Source of the DNA: a virus
IMG/VR virus record: IMGVR_UViG_3300047494_000112
Span: 123,325 to 187,324 of that record
Strand: one strand, 5' to 3'
DNA: 64,000 bases
Shown here: positions 18,287 through 26,484 of the stretch, piece after piece
Numbering within the stretch: position 1 is the stretch's first letter
Layout: every line of letters starts with the position of its first letter
Program-made: the position numbers and the translations under genes
The notes under the pieces: generated by a model
The model's input: only the letters and a program-made list of their open reading frames with translations
Told to the model about the DNA's origin: nothing
The model's database searches: none

Positions 18287-18529
18287 ATGAATAAATACTA
18301 CGTTAAATCTGGTGTCATGTATCTTTCATTGAGTAAATCAGGTGAAAATTATACGATGTGGGAATCAGATACAGATGACGCAACTTGGTTTTCAAAAGAA
18401 AATGCTATTGTTATGGCTACACTTTTAAAGACTCGCTTTCCAAAAGAAAGTATTCGAGTTGTGGGTTTAGAGATTTCTGAGATTGACATAGACGAGCCGG
18501 AAGAAAAACGTCCAACACGACTCCGTTAA
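18287..18529 (+). CDS. Small hypothetical protein (paralog 2)
   Basis: YYVKS...W...DDAT.F...A pattern; GGGAG RBS. Confidence 0.65.
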   Translation: MNKYYVKSGVMYLSLSKSGENYTMWESDTDDATWFSKENAIVMATLLKTRFPKESIRVVGLEISEIDIDEPEEKRPTRLR

Positions 18530-18543
18530 AGTGTTTCAACCTG

Positions 18544-18570
18544 GGAGGGGGTGCAGAAATTACCCCCTCC
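18544..18570 (+). terminator. Intergenic hairpin upstream of the PurA-like gene
   Basis: ggagggggt-gcagaaatt-accccctcc. Confidence 0.5.
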
Positions 18571-18593
18571 AATTCTTTGTGGGAGAGCTGAAA

Positions 18594-19808
18594 ATGGTAC
18601 TCGAAGGCCATGCTATCATCGGAGCAGGCTACGGAGATGAGGGAAAAGGTTTAATTACTCACTACAAATGCAGATCAATTAAAAAACAATTGGGTAGAGT
18701 TATAAACGTTAGGTTCAACGGCGGGGCTCAGGCGGGCCATACAACATACAGCGAAAAAACTAATACTCGCCATGTATTTAATACATTCGGTTCAGGTACA
18801 ATGGCAGGAGTAAAAACTCACCTATCAGAATTCTTTCTCTTTGATCCTTTAATGTTTGAGCGTGAGAGAACTACTCTTCGTGAAAAAAACATTCCTTTTC
18901 AGCGACCAACCATTAGTCCACTTTGTTACATGGTAACCTTTATAGATATTATTCTAAATCAATCTGCTGAGATATTGAGAGGCTCTAATAGACATGGGTC
19001 TTGCGGCATGGGAATTGGAGAAACTGTCGAACGCTCTGAAAATTCAGATTACGATTTTGTTGTTGGAAATCTTGCCGGTGATAACAAAGGACATCTGCTA
19101 GAGATTTTAATGGACTGTTGGAAAAACTACCTACCTGAAAGAGCCGAAAAATTAGGCGTTACTTCGGATAAATATGAAGAATTAGAAATGAAGCTCTTTT
19201 TTGAAGACAAAGACTATGCTCATTTCATGTTGTCTAAATGGTACGATAGTGCTAAACAAGCATTACGCCATATTACTTTGGTTCCTGATGAACAGCTTGA
19301 AGCTGAAGGAGTTGTATTTGAAGGAGCGCAAGGCTTAAAATTAGATATGGATAATGGAACTTTTCCATACGTCACTCGGTCAAATACAGGATTGACTAAC
19401 GTTGCTAAACTCTGTGAAAAAATGAATGTAGGCGTGTTGAATACAACCTATGTTTCTCGTACTTATAAAACCCGACACGGAGAGGGTCCAATGCTACATG
19501 AATTAGAAGGCCCTCCTTCTATGCAGTTTGCAGATCAAACCAATAAACCAAATCCGTATCAAGGCTCGCTACGATTTGGCTTACTTGACTTAGATGAGCT
19601 AATGCAAGATATATTGGCAGATGCAAGTAAAGCACGGACAACTGTATCTGTTGCACTTACCTGTTGTGATCAGATACCTGATGGCACTTTTGTCGTTACT
19701 AATGGAAAAGCTGAAAAAATGACAGCAATGGAAATAGCCAAAAAAATTGGCATTACAAAGCTAATGTCATATGGTCCAACGGTAAAGGACATTAAGAAAG
19801 TTTGCTAA
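18594..19808 (+). CDS. Adenylosuccinate synthetase (PurA)-like protein, divergent clade
   Basis: GAGYGDEGKG; RFNGGAQAGHT; FEGAQG; YVTRSNTG; TRHGEGP. Lacks the canonical TTGRxR and TKLD motifs. Confidence 0.85.
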   Translation: MVLEGHAIIGAGYGDEGKGLITHYKCRSIKKQLGRVINVRFNGGAQAGHTTYSEKTNTRHVFNTFGSGTMAGVKTHLSEFFLFDPLMFERERTTLREKNIPFQRPTISPLCYMVTFIDIILNQSAEILRGSNRHGSCGMGIGETVERSENSDYDFVVGNLAGDNKGHLLEILMDCWKNYLPERAEKLGVTSDKYEELEMKLFFEDKDYAHFMLSKWYDSAKQALRHITLVPDEQLEAEGVVFEGAQGLKLDMDNGTFPYVTRSNTGLTNVAKLCEKMNVGVLNTTYVSRTYKTRHGEGPMLHELEGPPSMQFADQTNKPNPYQGSLRFGLLDLDELMQDILADASKARTTVSVALTCCDQIPDGTFVVTNGKAEKMTAMEIAKKIGITKLMSYGPTVKDIKKVC

Positions 19809-19809
19809 C

Positions 19810-20253
19810 GTGCCAATAGATTTAATTGAAAGAGGTAAAGCTCTTTGTAAGCATTTTCCGGACTCTGAATCATGTGGAATCTGTAACACAACAATTGAAG
19901 TTCAACAGCATCACTTGTGGCCTAGACATCTTCATGGTCCTGAAGATGGGCCACTATTTCCTATATGCTCAGCTCACCATCTAATGATACATCATTTAGC
20001 AGGTAAGGAAAAAGAAATTCCACCTGGTTTTAATGAGAACCAAATCAAACTAATTAAACTGCTTGTGCAATTTATCAATATTGCCAAGGTACAAGCTGAA
20101 GATTTAGATCCGACTATGCTTGATCGAAAAATAATGTTCACAGTACCTCAAGCTCTACTTAAAAGAGCGCATAAACGCAAGCAGGATAAAGGCTACAGTC
20201 GTCTTCAAGATTATTTGACTGACCTGATACTTCAAGATACAATGGAGCTCTAA
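19810..20253 (+). CDS. HNH endonuclease-like domain with C-terminal ribbon-helix-helix-like segment
   Basis: CGIC...HHLWPRHLHG...CSAHHLMIH; C-terminal IMFTVPQALLKRA...YSRLQDYLTDLI. Confidence 0.6.
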   Translation: MPIDLIERGKALCKHFPDSESCGICNTTIEVQQHHLWPRHLHGPEDGPLFPICSAHHLMIHHLAGKEKEIPPGFNENQIKLIKLLVQFINIAKVQAEDLDPTMLDRKIMFTVPQALLKRAHKRKQDKGYSRLQDYLTDLILQDTMEL

Positions 20254-20360
20254 TTTAGGTAAAAAAATGTACTTTGTAGTAAAAGTGTGTATAACAACAA
20301 TTTGTTGTAGTCTAATCCTTAAACAAATGAAACGTCTGATCTAAAAATCTGAAATACCAA

Positions 20361-20389
20361 TTGCAGATTTTTGTAAGGTTTGTTATAAT
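20361..20389 (+). promoter_or_regulatory. Sigma70-type promoter with extended -10
   Basis: TTGCAG-N17-TATAAT with TG immediately upstream (TGnTATAAT). Confidence 0.7.
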
Positions 20390-20438
20390 TTAGGTACACC
20401 AACTATGCGTAAATTTTGGTGAACAAAAGGGGTGAGGT

Positions 20439-21107
20439 ATGAATGAAAAAACTGAGTCGCCACTAGAAAATAAAGATAAACGCCGACAACCTATTGCTTT
20501 AAACGTTAGGTGTGGTAGCTGTATCTTTTTTGAGGATCGGGCGCATCAAGCGTTCAAAAAACCTTGCTCAACGTTGGGAGTAAAAAAGTTTAGTCGGCCC
20601 TGCATCAAATTCTTTGCCAACCCTTTTCATTTTCTTCAAGATGATCCTGAGTACAAGCTTGTTAATCGATTATTGGTAAAATACGGGAAGCAACTGCCTA
20701 CTTTGGTAGCTTGGTTAAATCAAGAATCCTCCACAAAGAAAACAGGATTTACATTTGGACAGACTGTGTACGTCCGAATGCTAGGTGATGATTATCTATT
20801 AAATTATGCTAAAGCAACAGTAATATCTTCAAGCAAAGAACAGGTTTATGTTCAAGGCAAAAAGTTAGGCAAGGGTGGCACTTATTTACATGATTCAGTT
20901 TTAACTGAAGAGCAATGGAGTCGCAAAAAGAAAAATTTGATAAAGCATAAACGGATACGAGATCCAAAAGAAAAGGAATACTACAAGATAACAGTCACAC
21001 CTAAAAAAGCTGTTGATTACGAAATTCCTACAATTGATCAGTTTGCAAAAACAATGAGCAAAGTCAAAGATAAAAAGACAAATAGTCGAGTCATTATTGT
21101 CAAGTGA
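20439..21107 (+). CDS. Hypothetical protein with N-terminal Cys cluster
   Basis: CGSC...C...C; 222 aa; downstream of the promoter. Confidence 0.75.
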   Translation: MNEKTESPLENKDKRRQPIALNVRCGSCIFFEDRAHQAFKKPCSTLGVKKFSRPCIKFFANPFHFLQDDPEYKLVNRLLVKYGKQLPTLVAWLNQESSTKKTGFTFGQTVYVRMLGDDYLLNYAKATVISSSKEQVYVQGKKLGKGGTYLHDSVLTEEQWSRKKKNLIKHKRIRDPKEKEYYKITVTPKKAVDYEIPTIDQFAKTMSKVKDKKTNSRVIIVK

Positions 21108-21113
21108 TTTCAT

Positions 21114-22283
21114 TTGCAGGATATTGTTCCTGTAAATCTTCCAAAGAGGGCTCAAGCTTTGACACAGATAAGAGTAAGCGATAGCACATGGAAACAGCTA
21201 TCAAAAGACAATGATTCCTCATTGGCAACAGTGTTGCTACAATCAATACCCAATTCAACAAATTTATCTTCTGACGCAGTTACCGATATAAAAGTTGCAA
21301 TGCTTGGCTATATAATGCACGTTAACGATTTCAATGATCTAAAGAGGGTAGTTAGATATTGGGATTTAGAGACCAATGACAGCTATAAATTACTACATGG
21401 AATCTTGGAAAACTTTGAGACAAACTTGGGTCTCAAACAAGCATTGCTAATCTGTTTGAATAAGATGAGAGATAAAGAACGTATCAACTACACTAGCTTA
21501 ATGCGAACCTGTGACATTACTGCTGGGAATGAGGTGTGGCTTACAGCTCTAAAAGGAATCAATTTCAAAGGCAACTTGCTCACAAAGGTAAAAGAAAGAC
21601 CTTTGTTGATACCTAAACAAGTAAAGCGCAACTGTCAAGAAACGATGAAAAATTTAGAACAGTACGTTACTAGATTCGTGTATCATTCTCTGCATTTTGT
21701 GGTAAAATATAATCAGATGGATCACAAAGACATGATCTCTGATTTGATGCGTAAAGGGGTTGAAACGTATTACCGAGTTACACCTATGCAGGTTGATTTA
21801 CATAGAGAAAACAGCGTAAAGCGGTCAATTCATAATCAAGGCATGAAAGAAATTTCCTTTTTTACCAGCAAGAAGCGTGCTCGCATTGTGAAAACAGGAG
21901 AAGGGGAATACGAGACTAAAGAGCAGTCTCTCCACAATAAGGAGGGTTTTATCAATGATTCTAAAATGGGCGATGCTAATTGGCAATTACCTACTCTAAG
22001 ATTTGAGACTGAGCGAGTAATGCAGCAATACATTGAAGCTAATCGCAAGCAAGCACATATTGTCCTTAAGCTAATGTTTAAGGACAATGATGCGTATTTT
22101 GAAAAATACGTTCGTACTAAAATGAGAGCTAGTGAAGATCACAGCATAGAAAATCTAGCAGCTAGTCGTCCTAAAAACTACACAAAATTTATTGCCGACT
22201 ATCACGATATTCCAGAACTTACAGTTCGTAGAATTGCCTATGAGCTACTAAGAGCCTTTAACGGCGAACAAACAACCTCTTAA
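21114..22283 (+). CDS. Hypothetical protein, possibly a divergent sigma-factor-like protein
   Basis: Segment EQYVTRFVYHSLHFVVKYNQMDHKDMISDLMRKGVETY...KRSIHNQ resembles sigma70 region 2. Weak call. Confidence 0.4.
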   Translation: MQDIVPVNLPKRAQALTQIRVSDSTWKQLSKDNDSSLATVLLQSIPNSTNLSSDAVTDIKVAMLGYIMHVNDFNDLKRVVRYWDLETNDSYKLLHGILENFETNLGLKQALLICLNKMRDKERINYTSLMRTCDITAGNEVWLTALKGINFKGNLLTKVKERPLLIPKQVKRNCQETMKNLEQYVTRFVYHSLHFVVKYNQMDHKDMISDLMRKGVETYYRVTPMQVDLHRENSVKRSIHNQGMKEISFFTSKKRARIVKTGEGEYETKEQSLHNKEGFINDSKMGDANWQLPTLRFETERVMQQYIEANRKQAHIVLKLMFKDNDAYFEKYVRTKMRASEDHSIENLAASRPKNYTKFIADYHDIPELTVRRIAYELLRAFNGEQTTS

Positions 22284-22309
22284 CTCACTCACAAAAGGAC
22301 AAAAAGTAA

Positions 22310-23017
22310 ATGGCAAAGATTGCTTGCAAACACACTGGGCATGTTTTCTATACTACCTCTGATCTAAAAATTGTGCCACTGGTTTCATTTAGTTTGATCT
22401 CGGTGCTATCACCAGCTCTACCTTCTTCCGAAGAAGGCCGTACGGCATTTCAGATCACTGAGCGTGTCGAAGCCAAAGTGTTGGCGCAGTTTAACTCGAA
22501 TAGTTTCATGCTATCAAGTGCAAAAAAGACAAAGAAACGTGTCAAGAATGAGGATGATAACGAAGCTGAAGACGAGGAAATGCACATTCCTTCTTTGGGT
22601 CAATACAGCGAAATTATTCACGAAGCAACAGTAGATTCGTTTTCTGAAATTAATGCTGTTGGCGTTGAGAGTAGCCAAGTGTACGCTATGATGGGCGACA
22701 AAAACAAGAAGAAGCTTCAAATGCGTTTACGCAACCTAATCAGCGCTGTTGCTGAAAAAGAAGCAATTGCAACAAATGCTGAATTGCTTGCTGACAACAC
22801 AACACTAGCAGCAGCTGAGGCAAAGATTGACGAGCTTTCTTTTAAGATTAATCGTCTCCTGTTGGCGTATTCGACAAAGCCTTTCATCGCATTAAAGCCT
22901 CTTGGTGAAGCGGTAGACGAGTATGCTACAAAGTACGGCGTTTCAGATGAGGACAAAGCCAAATTGTCTAGTTCTCTACTCAAACAGTATCATGATGGCT
23001 TTTCTGTAACAGGCTAA
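22310..23017 (+). CDS. Hypothetical protein
   Basis: 235-aa ORF with AAGGA RBS, followed by a terminator. Confidence 0.8.
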   Translation: MAKIACKHTGHVFYTTSDLKIVPLVSFSLISVLSPALPSSEEGRTAFQITERVEAKVLAQFNSNSFMLSSAKKTKKRVKNEDDNEAEDEEMHIPSLGQYSEIIHEATVDSFSEINAVGVESSQVYAMMGDKNKKKLQMRLRNLISAVAEKEAIATNAELLADNTTLAAAEAKIDELSFKINRLLLAYSTKPFIALKPLGEAVDEYATKYGVSDEDKAKLSSSLLKQYHDGFSVTG

Positions 23018-23036
23018 TACGCTAAAATTAGGCATG

Positions 23037-23069
23037 AGGCCCATTGGCGAAAGCTAGTGGGCCTTTTTT
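23037..23069 (+). terminator. Rho-independent terminator
   Basis: aggcccattggc-gaaa-gctagtgggcct then tttttt. Confidence 0.85.
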
Positions 23070-23090
23070 CATATCAGAACTTGCTCGGAT

Positions 23091-23270
23091 TCTTTTACTA
23101 TGTGGATAGCAAAGCAAAATGCCTACAAACACCCAGGATTTGTACAGTTTATCTGTATTGTAGTTTGTAGTAATAACAAAAATCCACTGTTTCCTATTAA
23201 ATCCAAAGAGTTGTAGGTATAGAGTTGAGTCAATCCAATGGATTTTGCATACCTGCTATGCAGTAAAAGA
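23091..23270. other. 180-bp nested imperfect inverted repeat, AT-rich and non-coding
   Basis: Nested arms tcttttact/agtaaaaga, atagc/gctat, gcaaaat/attttgc, cctacaa/ttgtagg, ggattt/aaatcc, tacag/ctgta. Confidence 0.55.
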
Positions 23271-23293
23271 TGGTAAAATGTAGTCAGATGCCA

Positions 23294-23322
23294 TTTACAG
23301 ACCTCTCCTAGTCGTGTAAAAT
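23294..23322 (+). promoter_or_regulatory. Sigma70-type (early) promoter
   Basis: TTTACA-N17-TAAAAT, followed by a leader hairpin acgttcacc/ggtgaacgt. Confidence 0.7.
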
Positions 23323-23401
23323 TGGGACACGTTCACCATGCGCGGATTTCAGCAGGTGAACGTTTCACTCAAAACAACTGATATGGAATGGAGATACTGA
23401 C

Positions 23402-23698
23402 ATGACGACACTTACCAACAAAAACATTGCCACCGTGCTGCCCGCTTTCATGGCGCAGGCTGATCAGCTTGGCTTGAAGCGCATGAAGGTCGAAAAGGCA
23501 CATGTCATCGGCCCTGTGTTTCATGCTGGTCCCAAGGTGGCTGTGTACTTTACGCGCCGTGAAGGCGAGGAATTGGCACTGAACCTGATGTTCAGGGGCC
23601 GAGTGGTTCGGCAGTACAGCGGCAAGCTGAATGACGAAAAGGTTGCAAAGAAGCTCGCTCGGTGGGGCCGCCGCGCCGCTTTCAGCAAGGCCAACTAA
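23402..23698 (+). CDS. Hypothetical early protein
   Basis: GGAG RBS; higher GC than upstream genes. Confidence 0.75.
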   Translation: MTTLTNKNIATVLPAFMAQADQLGLKRMKVEKAHVIGPVFHAGPKVAVYFTRREGEELALNLMFRGRVVRQYSGKLNDEKVAKKLARWGRRAAFSKAN

Positions 23699-23706
23699 TC
23701 GGCACA

Positions 23707-23737
23707 AAGTGGGACACTTCAAGTGTCCCACTTTTCC
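23707..23737 (+). terminator. Rho-independent terminator
   Basis: aagtgggacact-tca-agtgtcccactt then ttcc. Confidence 0.75.
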
Positions 23738-23763
23738 TTCCCTCATGATAACGGAGAATAGGC

Positions 23764-24084
23764 ATGTATCCTTATGTTCACTCAGGCCGCAAGTCGCCTT
23801 ATCAGCTTCGGAAAGAACTGGCGGCTGCGCTGAAAGCTGAGAAAAAAGCTGAGGCTGCCTCAGCACGAGGCAAGTGGCGAATAATTTTTGGCCAAACTTA
23901 CTGTCGCGTGTTCAGTAACGTGCTGAAAAACGGTCAACAGCGTGTCAAGTTGTACGGCCACGTTCGCCTTACACCTAAACAGGTCAAAAAGAAGCTGGAG
24001 GGCGCGGGCTACATTGTAGCTAAATGTGAAAATACTTTTGGCGGCTCGGTTACCGCCTACGTACAACCAAGAGCGGGAGAATAA
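23764..24084 (+). CDS. Hypothetical basic protein
   Basis: GGAG RBS. Confidence 0.7.
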   Translation: MYPYVHSGRKSPYQLRKELAAALKAEKKAEAASARGKWRIIFGQTYCRVFSNVLKNGQQRVKLYGHVRLTPKQVKKKLEGAGYIVAKCENTFGGSVTAYVQPRAGE

Positions 24085-24086
24085 GC

Positions 24087-24848
24087 ATGTCAAAAATTAA
24101 AGCAATTTATGGCTGCGTGATCGTAAAAGGCAAAGAATACTCGGATGATGAAATCCGAAAGCTTGTCGGAAAAAATGTAAAGGGCTGGCGTTACGGCGGC
24201 GATCAGTCAAACGAGGAAAGTAATATCTGCATCGTATTTAAATCCGGTGACAGTATCGAATATGGCTGGCCGGATTCAAATGCACTTGAGGAATGTTTGG
24301 CCTGTATTGAAAGGTTCGATCCTTCCCCTTTTGCAAAGGCAACGCAAATCCTGTCCGAAAAGAATTTTGCAAAGTTGCTGCCTAACTTTGCAGCTAAGCT
24401 GAAAGAGCTTGGCTTCCGGCAGCAGGCGGACAAGTCATCCATACTGAATTTCTACCACAAGAACCCCAGCGTGTGCTTTACGTTTGAGCGCATTGACGGT
24501 CAATTGCGTTTCATGTGTTACGGCAATATTCTCTGTGCCGGCCCGATGACCGAACAGCAGCTACTTAACGCGCTGGAAAAGTTTACTCGGGCGCGTAAGC
24601 CAATGAAAGCGCTGAAGCACAAAGAGGCAACACAGGAGGAATTGGAGGAAGCTTTCAACCTGGTGAAAAACAATAAGCATTGGAAAAATCCAATCAACAA
24701 AACGATCAAGGACCCTGGCCGCGAAATGCAAGGCTTGATTGTTGAGGCAGTGGCACATTATACTGGCTCTTTTCCCGAAATCAGCACGTTGCCTGGCGGC
24801 AAAATTAACGTGCGTGCCGCCGGCTACTATTCAACAATAGGAGCGTAG
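24087..24848 (+). CDS. Hypothetical multi-domain protein
   Basis: 253-aa ORF with GGAG RBS. Confidence 0.75.
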   Translation: MSKIKAIYGCVIVKGKEYSDDEIRKLVGKNVKGWRYGGDQSNEESNICIVFKSGDSIEYGWPDSNALEECLACIERFDPSPFAKATQILSEKNFAKLLPNFAAKLKELGFRQQADKSSILNFYHKNPSVCFTFERIDGQLRFMCYGNILCAGPMTEQQLLNALEKFTRARKPMKALKHKEATQEELEEAFNLVKNNKHWKNPINKTIKDPGREMQGLIVEAVAHYTGSFPEISTLPGGKINVRAAGYYSTIGA

Positions 24849-24965
24849 TAGTGTCCTGCAAACAAAGGCTACTTGCAACCGTGTTGTTGCCTTCAGCATT
24901 GGCTGCTTGGGGATACGTTGCCTACATGTTTTGGACAATTATTAACTAAAGGGATTAAGGCAATC

Positions 24966-25253
24966 ATGAAAGAAACGCTAAAGTCTTTTAATTCTTGGCT
25001 GGCCGATGAGAAAGCCAAAGAAAGTTCACTCTATGATTGTTGGGAAACAACTTGTAACACCTTTGGCGAACAAAAGGCTCGATACTTTTTATCGACGATA
25101 GACTTTCCTGTCCTTCACACACACCAGGTTTGGTGTGAGGTGTTGACACAGATAATGATTGATTGTGTGCATGATTTTCAGGACAACAAAAGAACAAAAC
25201 AGTCAATTGTTCCGGCAAAATCAAACGTTGTCCCTTTCAAGCCAAAAATTTGA
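24966..25253 (+). CDS. Hypothetical protein
   Basis: ORF 24873..25253; likely ATG at 24966. Confidence 0.65.
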   Translation: MKETLKSFNSWLADEKAKESSLYDCWETTCNTFGEQKARYFLSTIDFPVLHTHQVWCEVLTQIMIDCVHDFQDNKRTKQSIVPAKSNVVPFKPKI

Positions 25254-25333
25254 AACTAATGCCTACCGGGCGAGATTGTAAATTGGTCTCGCTAGGCAGA
25301 CAATAGTTGTCTGGATTCAAAGGAGAAATTCAA

Positions 25334-25570
25334 ATGGCTCAACGTTGCAATTTTCCCGGCCGTCGTCGCATTCGTCAACAAAGTGCCATTGCGCGCAAAG
25401 AGGCGCAGCTGAAAACCTATCAAATCTTTTTGGAAGCTGAGATTGCCGATATCAAGGCAGGAAAAGGAGTTAAGCATCTTCACGAGGAATCGCGCGATGC
25501 GTTAATATCAACCATTAGCAAAACAATTGCCGACATTGGCTTTTCAAAAGCCAAACTAACCGCAGTCTAA
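25334..25570 (+). CDS. Hypothetical protein
   Basis: AAGGAG RBS before the ATG at 25334. Confidence 0.7.
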   Translation: MAQRCNFPGRRRIRQQSAIARKEAQLKTYQIFLEAEIADIKAGKGVKHLHEESRDALISTISKTIADIGFSKAKLTAV

Positions 25571-25578
25571 AAAACTGT

Positions 25579-26472
25579 ATGTACTATCATGTTACCTCAA
25601 AGTATTATGGGCCTGAGGTAACTTTTACACCTCGAGTCCCAACAGGTTCTGATCCTGATTTAGAGGATAGGAAAACGCCACGCATTTGTTTTGCACCTAC
25701 TGTCAAACAGTGCTTAATGGGCGCAGTAGGCCATCCAAATTGGCAAGTTGCTTGGACCGACATGTGTGGCTTGAGGAGTCAACGTCAAGTATTCCTGTAC
25801 TCAATACCGGGCAATAGCAAGGTGTACAGGCCAACAAAAAGAAAAGTGTTCGATGTCGATAGAACAGGGGAGGTGTGGCGTCTAGTAAGTACAAAGCTAA
25901 CCTTGGTAGGCGAGATCGTCTGCCAGGACGGAGATCTTAAAATTATCAAACAAAAGGAACATACAATGCGTGTAGCAGACAAAATTGCAGCCAAAAAGGC
26001 TCAGGCGAAAAGCAACAAGGCTCCAGCCAAGGTCGCCAAGCCAGCCAAACCGGCTGCCAAAGGCAAGCCTGCCAAGGTCGTCAAGAAAAAGCGGGCAGCA
26101 AAGCCCGCGATCGTGTACACTCCGATAAAGGAGGAAATGAACAAGTCGGCGTTGCTCAATTATCTTTCCGAGGAAACGGAGGTTGAGCTGAAAGCTGTCA
26201 AGGCGATCATGCTAAAACTGGAAGAGACAATTTGCGGCTCGTTGGCGCCAAAGGGCGTGGGCGTGTTTACGCTGCCTGGCGTGTGCAAGTTTGTCACCAA
26301 GAAAATTCCGGCCAAAAAGGTACCGGCTCGCAAGGCAGGCACAATGGTTCGGAACCCGCGCACCGGCGAGGAATCTCCCGCTGAGGCACGTGCTGCCTAC
26401 ACCAAGCCTGCAACGGTAAAGGTTAAAGTTAAGGCGCTGACCAAGCCACGCAAGGCAGCCATTCCTGCATAG
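25579..26472 (+). CDS. ART-fold-like N-terminal domain in frame with a PAKK-extended HU/IHF-like DNA-binding protein (internal start at 25966)
   Basis: N-terminus YHVT...RICFAPT...TGEVW; C-terminus MNKSALL...FTLPGVCKF...RNPRTGE...VKVKALTK is HU-like; AAGGA RBS before the in-frame ATG at 25966. Confidence 0.7.
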   Translation: MYYHVTSKYYGPEVTFTPRVPTGSDPDLEDRKTPRICFAPTVKQCLMGAVGHPNWQVAWTDMCGLRSQRQVFLYSIPGNSKVYRPTKRKVFDVDRTGEVWRLVSTKLTLVGEIVCQDGDLKIIKQKEHTMRVADKIAAKKAQAKSNKAPAKVAKPAKPAAKGKPAKVVKKKRAAKPAIVYTPIKEEMNKSALLNYLSEETEVELKAVKAIMLKLEETICGSLAPKGVGVFTLPGVCKFVTKKIPAKKVPARKAGTMVRNPRTGEESPAEARAAYTKPATVKVKVKALTKPRKAAIPA

Positions 26473-26484
26473 TTAGGAGAAAGC

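Noticed and set aside
18594-19808. PurZ (Z-genome) assignment
   Set aside because: The N-terminal motif is GDEGKG with the PurA aspartate, not the GSTGKG-type serine of PurZ. No MazZ/DatZ-like partner is recognisable nearby.
23014-23036. Further copy of the CTAATACG motif at the stop of 22310..23017
   Set aside because: Only CTAATACG matches. GAAAC and CGCTTCGCATTGG are absent, and a conventional terminator follows.
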